Part shown: one piece after another, positions 57,633 through 64,000 of the stretch
Layout: each line of letters opens with the position of its first letter
Position numbering within the stretch: the first letter of the stretch is position 1
Origin: an uncultured Candidatus Saccharibacteria bacterium
GTDB taxonomy: Bacteria > Patescibacteriota > Minisyncoccia > Phycocordibacterales > UBA5272
Reading direction: 5' to 3'
Assembly (NCBI GenBank): GCA_964512315.1
Contig: CAZEIK010000001.1
Location: forward strand, 20,408-84,407
Length of the DNA: 64,000 bases
Translations under genes and position numbers: made by a program
Notes under the pieces: model-generated
The model's input: only the letters and a program-made list of their open reading frames with translations
What the model was told of the DNA's origin: nothing
Databases searched by the model: none

Positions 57633-58316
57633 ATGCCAGCTGATACAATAGACGGAAACACAACTAAGCTAGTAACTTGCGGTAATGTAGATCAGAAAGT
57701 TTGTCAGTTGTCGGATTTGTTTTCTGTGGCTAATTTGTTCGCAGAATATGTAATCAAGTTTTTCTTACCAACACTTTTCTTCGTCGGACTGTTCTTAACT
57801 TTTTGGCCTATAATTAAGAATCCGAGTTCAGCTGAAGCCTTAGCCGAAGCAAAAGGTAGATTCATTAAGCTATTAATAGGAACAGTCGTAGTGGTGGGGG
57901 CGTATCTTATTGTTAGGGTGGTTCTTCTGAGTATTGGAGTAGACAGCGGATCAGGTGTACTTCAAAAAGCTGTAGGCGGCAAGCCTTCTCTTAACGTTCC
58001 ATTTATAGAAAGAGTTTATGCAGCAGAAGACACTGAGAATACTGGTAAGTTCAATAATCCACTAGACTCTGTGTCTATTCAAACAGTAGTAGCCGGTATT
58101 GCGAACATTGTAGTTTATCTTGGTACTATTGGCGTTATTTATCTCTATATAAGAGGTGCTATGTATTTGGTTATGAGTCAAGAAAGGCCCGAGAATCTTT
58201 CCAAAGGTAAAAAGTATATATTTTGGGCTACGGTAATAGGGCTATGTATTTTTGGTGCTGAGATGATATATACTACTCTTGTAGATACAACCAATTCAAT
58301 TTTTAAAACTAAGTAA
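57633..58316 (+). CDS. TrbC/VirB2-like pilin, two tandem pilin domains
   Basis: LVTC..C N-terminus; TM-EAKGR..LIG-TM; FNNPL; TM-KGKK.I.W..IG-TM. Confidence 0.7.
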   Translation: MPADTIDGNTTKLVTCGNVDQKVCQLSDLFSVANLFAEYVIKFFLPTLFFVGLFLTFWPIIKNPSSAEALAEAKGRFIKLLIGTVVVVGAYLIVRVVLLSIGVDSGSGVLQKAVGGKPSLNVPFIERVYAAEDTENTGKFNNPLDSVSIQTVVAGIANIVVYLGTIGVIYLYIRGAMYLVMSQERPENLSKGKKYIFWATVIGLCIFGAEMIYTTLVDTTNSIFKTK

Positions 58317-58319
58317 CAT

Positions 58320-58733
58320 ATGCTGAAAAACATTACAGATCTATTCGACGGACTTAACAAATTAATAGGTGGAGGAGTCACTACATTTTTAATGGGGCTA
58401 GCTTTTGTAGCCTTCCTCTTATCTATTATTAATTTTATTTGGAAGAGAAGGTCAGGAGATGGTGACGGTGTGCAAGATGCCAAGAACATGTTGGGCTGGA
58501 GTATTGTGGCGCTGTTTGTGATGACGGCGGTGTGGGGGTTGGTTACTTTTATAAGTTCTGCTCTGGGCGTGGACGGTCAGACAAGTATCAAACGCCCTCA
58601 GACAGTATTCACAAGCAGCTCGACTAACACAACAGGTAAAAAAGCAGCAGGTGAGACTTGTACAAACAACTCTGATTGTCAGAGTAATAGTTGTTACTTA
58701 GAAAAAACTTTAAGCAAGTACACTTGCCAATAA
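58320..58733 (+). CDS. VirB2-like pilin with Cys-rich tail
   Basis: TM-DAKNMLGWSIVALFVM.AVWGLV; tail GETCTNNSDCQSNSC...C. Confidence 0.75.
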   Translation: MLKNITDLFDGLNKLIGGGVTTFLMGLAFVAFLLSIINFIWKRRSGDGDGVQDAKNMLGWSIVALFVMTAVWGLVTFISSALGVDGQTSIKRPQTVFTSSSTNTTGKKAAGETCTNNSDCQSNSCYLEKTLSKYTCQ

Positions 58734-58746
58734 TTAATAAAATTCT

Positions 58747-59241
58747 ATGAAAAAAATAATTACAACTTTATCAATATTATCACTAGTTCAAGTAGTAGCG
58801 GCTCAGCAAGTTCTGAATAATGTCGAGACCATAGTCACAAAGTCATCCGGCATTATCGGTAGTGGAGTAACAGGCCTATTAATGGGTGTTACTTTTGTGG
58901 TGTTCCTAATATCTATCATTACATTCTTATTAAAGAGAAGATCTGGAGACGACAAGGGTCTACAAGATGCCAAGAATATGTTGGGCTGGAGCGTGATTGC
59001 TATGTTCGTTATGGTTGCTGTGTGGGGCTTGGTTACATTTATTTCTCAGACTTTTAATATAGGGCTCGGCGGGCAAGTTGCCAGACCTTCTGCTATCCCT
59101 ATAGAGAAAAATTCTAATCAACCTGGCGATACCCCAGGTTCTGGGTTAGGAGCTGTTGGTTCTGTTTGTAGTCAGCCCTCAGATTGTTTGAGTGGTAAGT
59201 GTACTGCAGCAGCTAATTCTTCTATAAAGACCTGTGATTAG
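58747..59241 (+). CDS. VirB2-like pilin with signal peptide and Cys-rich tail
   Basis: MKK...VAAQ; DAKNMLGWSVIAMFVMVAVWGLV; tail GSVCSQPSDCLSGKC...C. Confidence 0.75.
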   Translation: MKKIITTLSILSLVQVVAAQQVLNNVETIVTKSSGIIGSGVTGLLMGVTFVVFLISIITFLLKRRSGDDKGLQDAKNMLGWSVIAMFVMVAVWGLVTFISQTFNIGLGGQVARPSAIPIEKNSNQPGDTPGSGLGAVGSVCSQPSDCLSGKCTAAANSSIKTCD

Positions 59242-59243
59242 TT

Positions 59244-59555
59244 ATGACCACTTTAAAAGATTCTGTTAACTCAATAAGTGACTTCGTAGGTAACACTATT
59301 ACCAGCTTGCTTCTAACTGTTGCTGTTGCGGCATTCTTTTGGTCAGTAGTGATGTTTCTCTTCAATAGATCAAGAGGTAACACTGACGCGATGCAGGATG
59401 CTAAGAATAAGTTGCTGTGGAGTATTATCGGGCTATTTGTAATGTTTTCTATTTGGGGCATTATTACCTTTTTCCAAGAAGGTTTTGGAATAAAAGATAA
59501 AAACACTGTAAAAGTACCAAGTATTGAGGCTAGTTCTAACTCAGAGAGTAATTAA
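59244..59555 (+). CDS. VirB2-like pilin
   Basis: FFW.V..F, DAKNKLLWSIIGLFVMFSIWGII. Confidence 0.75.
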   Translation: MTTLKDSVNSISDFVGNTITSLLLTVAVAAFFWSVVMFLFNRSRGNTDAMQDAKNKLLWSIIGLFVMFSIWGIITFFQEGFGIKDKNTVKVPSIEASSNSESN

Positions 59556-59642
59556 TACTTTAAGGGTTAAAGTGGACAAGCTATTGCTTATTAAAATTAA
59601 TATAGATACACTTAAGACTATACATATAGTATTTGTAAAATT

Positions 59643-60059
59643 ATGAAAAAAATTATTTCTTCTGTTACCGCTCTTGCTACTGTTGCAGTTGCTTCAGCTC
59701 AAACACAGCTTAATCTTCCTCAGGTTCCTCCTTCTGCTAACGGCGGATCACAAAGTAGTATTGGGCAAACTTTAATTAATATCGTTCTTCAATTCAAACA
59801 GATTTCAACCTTAGTTTACTCATCTCTGTTTGTTGTTGCTTTGATTTTATTCTTCTTCGGTATTTTCCAATACTTAGCACCAGGTAAAAGTGGTGAAGAC
59901 AGAAAGAAAGGTTATGAGTATATGGGCTTCGGTATCTTGGCTCTATTTGTGATGGTTGCTATCTGGGGACTTGTAACATTCATCTCTCAGACTCTTGGGG
60001 TAGGTATCGGTGGAGACATTATGACTCCTGGTGTACCAGTTAACGTTCGTACATATTAA
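59643..60059 (+). CDS. VirB2-like pilin with signal peptide
   Basis: MKK...ASAQ; FFFGIFQY, KGYEYMGFGILALFVMVAIWGLV. Confidence 0.75.
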   Translation: MKKIISSVTALATVAVASAQTQLNLPQVPPSANGGSQSSIGQTLINIVLQFKQISTLVYSSLFVVALILFFFGIFQYLAPGKSGEDRKKGYEYMGFGILALFVMVAIWGLVTFISQTLGVGIGGDIMTPGVPVNVRTY

Positions 60060-60071
60060 TTTACTCTAATC

Positions 60072-60407
60072 GTGCTCTCTTCTTTTATACAAGTCGTACA
60101 CGCTCAGGACGACTCAGGTGAGCCTATAGACGGCTTTACCGGTAACTCTGGAGTGGATACAATTTTATCTAAAATATTAACTGATGTAATCAGTCCACTT
60201 CTTGGTCTTGCAACTGTGCTCATGCTCGCATGGTTCATGTATGGAGTAGTCAGATTCATATTACTTAAAGATAAAAGTCCTGAAGAAGCAGATAGGGGCA
60301 AGAAACATTTAGTCTGGGGTGCTATAGGGTTATTTATAGCTACATCACTCTGGGGTATAATGGGATTCTTGGCTGACGTAACAGACTCAAATGTTTGGTT
60401 CAGATAA
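60072..60407 (+). CDS. VirB2-like pilin
   Basis: VHAQ; FMYGVVRFI, GKKHLVWGAIGLFI..SLWGI. Confidence 0.75.
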   Translation: MLSSFIQVVHAQDDSGEPIDGFTGNSGVDTILSKILTDVISPLLGLATVLMLAWFMYGVVRFILLKDKSPEEADRGKKHLVWGAIGLFIATSLWGIMGFLADVTDSNVWFR

Positions 60408-60454
60408 ATACTAAAAGGCGCCCAAGGCTTTGCCTTGGGCGCCTTTTAGTATTT
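60406..60454. terminator. 23-bp perfect inverted repeat ending the pilin array
   Basis: AAATACTAAAAGGCGCCCAAGGC-ttt-GCCTTGGGCGCCTTTTAGTATTT. Confidence 0.85.
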
Positions 60455-60476
60455 TGTGTTATTATATTTTCTATCT

Positions 60477-61916
60477 ATGGCACAAAATAAACAAGTAAAT
60501 ATGGAGGATATTGTATCGCTTTGTAAGCGTCGCGGTTTCATTTTCTCTGGTTCTGAGATATATGGTGGCCTTGCTGGCACATTCGACTATGGTCCAATGG
60601 GAACTCTTCTAAAGAGAAATATTGAAAATGCTTGGTGGAAGCACTTTGTCGAGAATCGTGAAGATATGTATGGTATGGACGCGGATATTTTGATGAATCC
60701 AAAAGCTTGGGAAGCCTCTGGTCACGTCGCAGGATTCTCAGACCCGCTCATTGAGTGTAATAATTGTCATAAAAGATTTAGAACAGATCACATAATAAAT
60801 GAAACCGAGTATCAAACCTATTTTGATAACTTTAAAGATAACCCAGAAGCGCCATGGAAGTTAGAAAACAAATGGTTGGGTATTTTACCAACTACATTTT
60901 TAACACAAAGTAATTTTAAATGTAAAGAGTGTGGTGTTTGTAAGTGGGGTGAGTCTCGTCAATTTAACATGATGTTTAAGACACAGGTTGGTGCGATGGA
61001 GGATAGTAGCTCTACTGTATACTTGCGCCCCGAGACAGCTGGAGGAATGTTTGTAAACTACAAAAATGTTATGGATAGTATACATCCAAAGCTTCCATTT
61101 GGATTAGCCCAAATTGGTAAAGCTTTCCGTAACGAGATAACTCCGAGAGACTTTATATTTAGATTACGTGAACTGTCTCAGATGGAAATAGAGTATTTCG
61201 TAGATCCAAAAACATGGGAAGAAAACTTTGAAGAGTTACGCAAATCTTTCAAGGATTTTATGATTTCGATTGGCATAAGAGAAGAAGGCATACATGAAGT
61301 AGAAATAGGTGATGGCGACAGAGCTCATTATAGTAAACGCACAATTGATTTCGAATTTGATTTCCCTATAGGACAAAAAGAGTTAGCTGGACTCGCTTAT
61401 CGTGGAGACTTTGACCTTAGTTCACATGCTAGTATGAGCGGGGCTAAGCTAGATTATTTAGACGAGTCTACAGGAGAGAAATTCATACCACATGTTATTG
61501 AGCCATCTATTGGAGTTGAGCGCACAGTTCTTGCTGTTCTTGCTAGCGCTTATGAAGAGCAAGACCTGGATGAAGGTGACTCGCGTGTTGTGCTACATCT
61601 AAAACCAAGCATAGCCCCAGTTAAGGTGTGCGTTTCTCCATTGCTTAAGAATAAAGAACAACTTGTCGGCAAAGCTCGTGAAGTGTTTACAACTCTTAAA
61701 AAAGAATTTGGTGCTGTTGTGTATGATGACAATGGTAATATTGGTAAGAGGTACAGAAGACAGGATGAGATAGGCACACCATATTGTGTAGTGGTAGATT
61801 TTGACACAATTGAGACTGATGGATGCGTGGGCGTGCGTGATAGGGACACCATGGAGCAGGCAAGGGTGAAGATTGAAGATTTGAAGTCCTATCTTGCAGA
61901 GAGGCTCAAAATATAG
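60477..61916 (+). CDS. glyQS: Glycine--tRNA ligase (homodimeric type)
   Basis: CKRRGF, EIYGG, LRPETA, FRNEITP, RAHYS, IGKRYRRQDEIG. Confidence 0.97.
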   Translation: MAQNKQVNMEDIVSLCKRRGFIFSGSEIYGGLAGTFDYGPMGTLLKRNIENAWWKHFVENREDMYGMDADILMNPKAWEASGHVAGFSDPLIECNNCHKRFRTDHIINETEYQTYFDNFKDNPEAPWKLENKWLGILPTTFLTQSNFKCKECGVCKWGESRQFNMMFKTQVGAMEDSSSTVYLRPETAGGMFVNYKNVMDSIHPKLPFGLAQIGKAFRNEITPRDFIFRLRELSQMEIEYFVDPKTWEENFEELRKSFKDFMISIGIREEGIHEVEIGDGDRAHYSKRTIDFEFDFPIGQKELAGLAYRGDFDLSSHASMSGAKLDYLDESTGEKFIPHVIEPSIGVERTVLAVLASAYEEQDLDEGDSRVVLHLKPSIAPVKVCVSPLLKNKEQLVGKAREVFTTLKKEFGAVVYDDNGNIGKRYRRQDEIGTPYCVVVDFDTIETDGCVGVRDRDTMEQARVKIEDLKSYLAERLKI

Positions 61917-61931
61917 TAATATACTAGAACT

Positions 61932-62087
61932 ATGTCACAAGACCGCCTAATCAAAATAACCAACAAAGAATCTGGTCAGGTTATTTACACCACAAAAAAT
62001 AAAAAGAAAGTAACTCGTAAGATTGAGCTTAAGAAATATTCTAAAACTCTTCGCAAGCACGTTGCCTTCAAGGAGTCTAAGAAATAA
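61932..62087 (+). CDS. rpmG: 50S ribosomal protein L33, Cys-free form (not in ORF track)
   Basis: Manual translation MSQDRLIKITNKESGQVIYTTKNKKKVTRKIELKKYSKTLRKHVAFKESKK. Confidence 0.93.
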   Translation: MSQDRLIKITNKESGQVIYTTKNKKKVTRKIELKKYSKTLRKHVAFKESKK

Positions 62088-62097
62088 AGATTTTATA

Positions 62098-62133
62098 ATA
62101 AGAAAAACCTTGCGTTAGCAAGGTTTTTCTTAT
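62098..62133 (+). terminator. Terminator after rpmG
   Basis: ATAAGAAAAACCTTGC-gtta-GCAAGGTTTTTCTTAT. Confidence 0.8.
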
Positions 62134-62213
62134 CCACAACTAACCTTGACTTTTATATATAAAAGTGTTAAGATATGGATCAGTACAGACCTCAACCACG
62201 AAAGGAGCCGGTT

Positions 62214-62615
62214 ATGGCAAAGCAATACACTGCCACCAAAGGCATTCTTGGGCGGGCAGAAAACAAAATCAAGAGAGTGTATCAGCAAGATTGCGGGTTT
62301 TTTGATTGGAGAGGCCGCGAGACCAGTAATTTGGGCTGCGCTGTTGAGTGCCTTGAATATCTAGTCAAAGCCTTCGAGTCAAAGCTCGCTGAGGGGCATT
62401 CTGAGGAAGATGCGCTTGAGCTTACTTTCTCAGCCTATAACCGAGATGCATTATCTAGGAATGTCTCGCAGAAAAATCGAGATTTGATGCGAGAGGCTAT
62501 GGAGATGGTGATTGCTGAGGCAAAAGAAATCAAAGAGGATTCTGCCTCAACTCGTCGCCACAGAGACACTCGTCCTTGGTGGTTGCAGCAAGAAGACGAT
62601 CGCGTTCCTGGATGA
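62214..62615 (+). CDS. Hypothetical protein (orphan)
   Basis: AAGGAG SD before ATG 62214, TTGACT..TAAGAT promoter upstream, terminator downstream; alternative start 62175. Confidence 0.6.
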   Translation: MAKQYTATKGILGRAENKIKRVYQQDCGFFDWRGRETSNLGCAVECLEYLVKAFESKLAEGHSEEDALELTFSAYNRDALSRNVSQKNRDLMREAMEMVIAEAKEIKEDSASTRRHRDTRPWWLQQEDDRVPG

Positions 62616-62629
62616 ATAGTGCGCTCATG

Positions 62630-62668
62630 GCGCCCTCTAGCCGAAAGGTTGAGGGCGCTTTCTTTTTC
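62630..62668 (+). terminator. Intrinsic terminator
   Basis: GCGCCCTC-tagccgaaaggtt-GAGGGCGC followed by TTTCTTTTT. Confidence 0.75.
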
Positions 62669-62720
62669 TGTTCAACAACCTATTTTTTTGTTAGAATGCA
62701 ATGGTTAGTAATTCAAATAA

Positions 62721-62791
62721 GGGCCTATCGTACAGTGGTAGTATACCGGTCTCCAAAACCGTTGACCGAGGTTCGAATCCTCGTGGGCCCG
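62721..62791 (+). tRNA. tRNA-Trp (CCA)
   Basis: GGGCCTA...CGGT-CT-CCA-AA-ACCG...GGTTCGAATCC...TGGGCCCG; 3' CCA not encoded. Confidence 0.93.
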
Positions 62792-62959
62792 CAAAAAAAG
62801 TGATAGAGATCACTTTTTGTGAGGATGAGAATATTGGGCCGAGGAGCAACATTTTTATTGAGTTCAAAGAACGAAAAGAAAAGTGTATGCGAGACTGGCC
62901 GAATCCTCGTGGGCCCGCAAATAAGCAATAGAGGAATATGTTTCGTGACCGAATCCTCG
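62774..62959 (+). repeat. Direct repeats of the tRNA-Trp 3' end (att-like)
   Basis: CGAATCCTCGTGGGCCCGCAAA at 62774-62795 and 62900-62921; CGAATCCTCG again at 62950-62959. Confidence 0.85.
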
Positions 62960-63033
62960 CCGGTTTGTTGATTTAAATAAAGTTTAAGAACAACAAATTA
63001 TTAAAGAATTAATTTTTAAGTTAAAATAGTGAT

Positions 63034-63690
63034 ATGGAGCGTTCACCATCAAATACTACAATAGCTGAAAATAAGATTGAAAAAACTCCGATAAAGGAAG
63101 GGGTTGATTTTGTGTTCGACCAACATCCAGAATTAGCATCGATTGGCACCAAGGAGCAGTATTCTAAATATATTGGAACAATTTTTCCTGATAGCAAATT
63201 TAAGGAGATTGTATACCATAACTCCGACGCTGAATTTAAGAATGACACATTTAAGCCAATGAAGCCAAATTTTGAAACTCTTAACAGTATTGAAGGGGTA
63301 TATAATTTTAGCTCGAATCGTATGTTTATTAGACGTTATGGTGCAAATACTTACGCTGTTGTTTTGGATATTCATAATCCCATAGAAGATTCTTCTTCTG
63401 GAGAATATTCCGACGATATGGATAGGCCTTTGTCTGAAGCGTTGTTTAGAATTGGAAAACAAAAAGATCAAAATCTTTTGGCTCCGGAATACGACGAGAG
63501 CCTAAGAAATTCCGATGCAGTGGTCAATCGTATTTCAGGGGATGGTTATGTAGAAAAGCACCCAAGAACAGGAGAGGAGTGGGGTATTCCTAAGCAAGTA
63601 GTTGTAAGCGTATTTAATCATTATCAAATACACACCCTGGGTTCGTCATCCGACATGCAAAGATTTAAAGAATTTGTAGAAAGAGACTAG
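63034..63690 (+). CDS. ART-PolyVal-like (ADP-ribosyltransferase fold) domain protein
   Basis: SK..EIVYHNS...F...F, GVY.FS, YG..Y.V.LDI.NP, DAVV, VF...QI pattern. Confidence 0.55.
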   Translation: MERSPSNTTIAENKIEKTPIKEGVDFVFDQHPELASIGTKEQYSKYIGTIFPDSKFKEIVYHNSDAEFKNDTFKPMKPNFETLNSIEGVYNFSSNRMFIRRYGANTYAVVLDIHNPIEDSSSGEYSDDMDRPLSEALFRIGKQKDQNLLAPEYDESLRNSDAVVNRISGDGYVEKHPRTGEEWGIPKQVVVSVFNHYQIHTLGSSSDMQRFKEFVERD

Positions 63691-63736
63691 TTCGCTAATA
63701 AGTTTTTATTTTAAAATAATACTGTAAACTTAAATT

Positions 63737-64000
63737 ATGTTATATCCAATTATTTCAATAGTTAGCATAGTCTTCCTGGTTATATTTTTCGTTAGCTTTA
63801 TTCCAAAGTTCTTCAAAGAGAACTCTTTGGGTTTTAGATTTGTAATTGCTGTTGCACTCGGCGTTATGCTTGGTATCGCATCTCTACACTTATTGCCCGA
63901 GGTGTATTCTACTGGGGAGGAGGGCGGACTAGCGTTCCTGGGATCATTATTATTCTTTGTAGTATTGCTGTGGCTTACTCACTCGCATGAGCATGGTGAG
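63737..64000 (+). CDS. ZIP family metal transporter, N-terminal fragment (runs off the window)
   Basis: Manual translation ...VALGVMLGIASLHLLPE...WLTHSHEHGE. Confidence 0.85.
   Translation, partial: MLYPIISIVSIVFLVIFFVSFIPKFFKENSLGFRFVIAVALGVMLGIASLHLLPEVYSTGEEGGLAFLGSLLFFVVLLWLTHSHEHGE

Noticed and set aside
62701-62931. ORFs overlapping tRNA-Trp on both strands
   Set aside because: Spurious frames across a tRNA and its repeats
62774-62959. CRISPR array
   Set aside because: Only two full copies, identical to the tRNA 3' end, with irregular spacing and no cas genes
1-64000. Alternative genetic code (UGA=Gly), introns/inteins, prophage or transposase
   Set aside because: Conserved genes translate full length in code 11, no large insertions are evident in dnaE, nrdD or gyrA, and no phage or transposase motifs were recognised

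Overview
Chromosomal window of a small-genome Patescibacteria (CPR) bacterium, most likely Parcubacteria-like (inferred from gene content and style; standard genetic code). It is mostly housekeeping genes (thrS, typA, dnaE, rnhB, nusB, rnc, secA, murF, ftsZ/ftsA, hisS, rpsA, rpsU, gyrA, glyQS, rpmF, rpmG) plus four tRNAs. Accessory modules are an ArsR / nrdD-nrdG-flavin reductase-nirK cluster, a phosphoketolase-acetate kinase-alternative oxidase cluster, two LamG-domain type IV prepilins, a six-gene VirB2-like pilin array, and a tRNA-Trp-linked repeat region followed by an ART-PolyVal-like gene. Many genes look leaderless. The most striking unexplained signals are: (1) an apparently independently transcribed ~85-nt two-hairpin RNA, divergent from rpsA, that displays an extended Shine-Dalgarno sequence in its loop but has no reading frame; (2) two paralogous pilin genes sharing a (TA)n-tract promoter; (3) an ABC transmembrane domain that has lost its ATPase domain and apparently both coupling helices in frame; (4) structured tRNA-Trp 3'-end repeats. 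No CRISPR array, integrase, transposase or rRNA was seen. All calls come from motif recognition by eye; no database searches were run.
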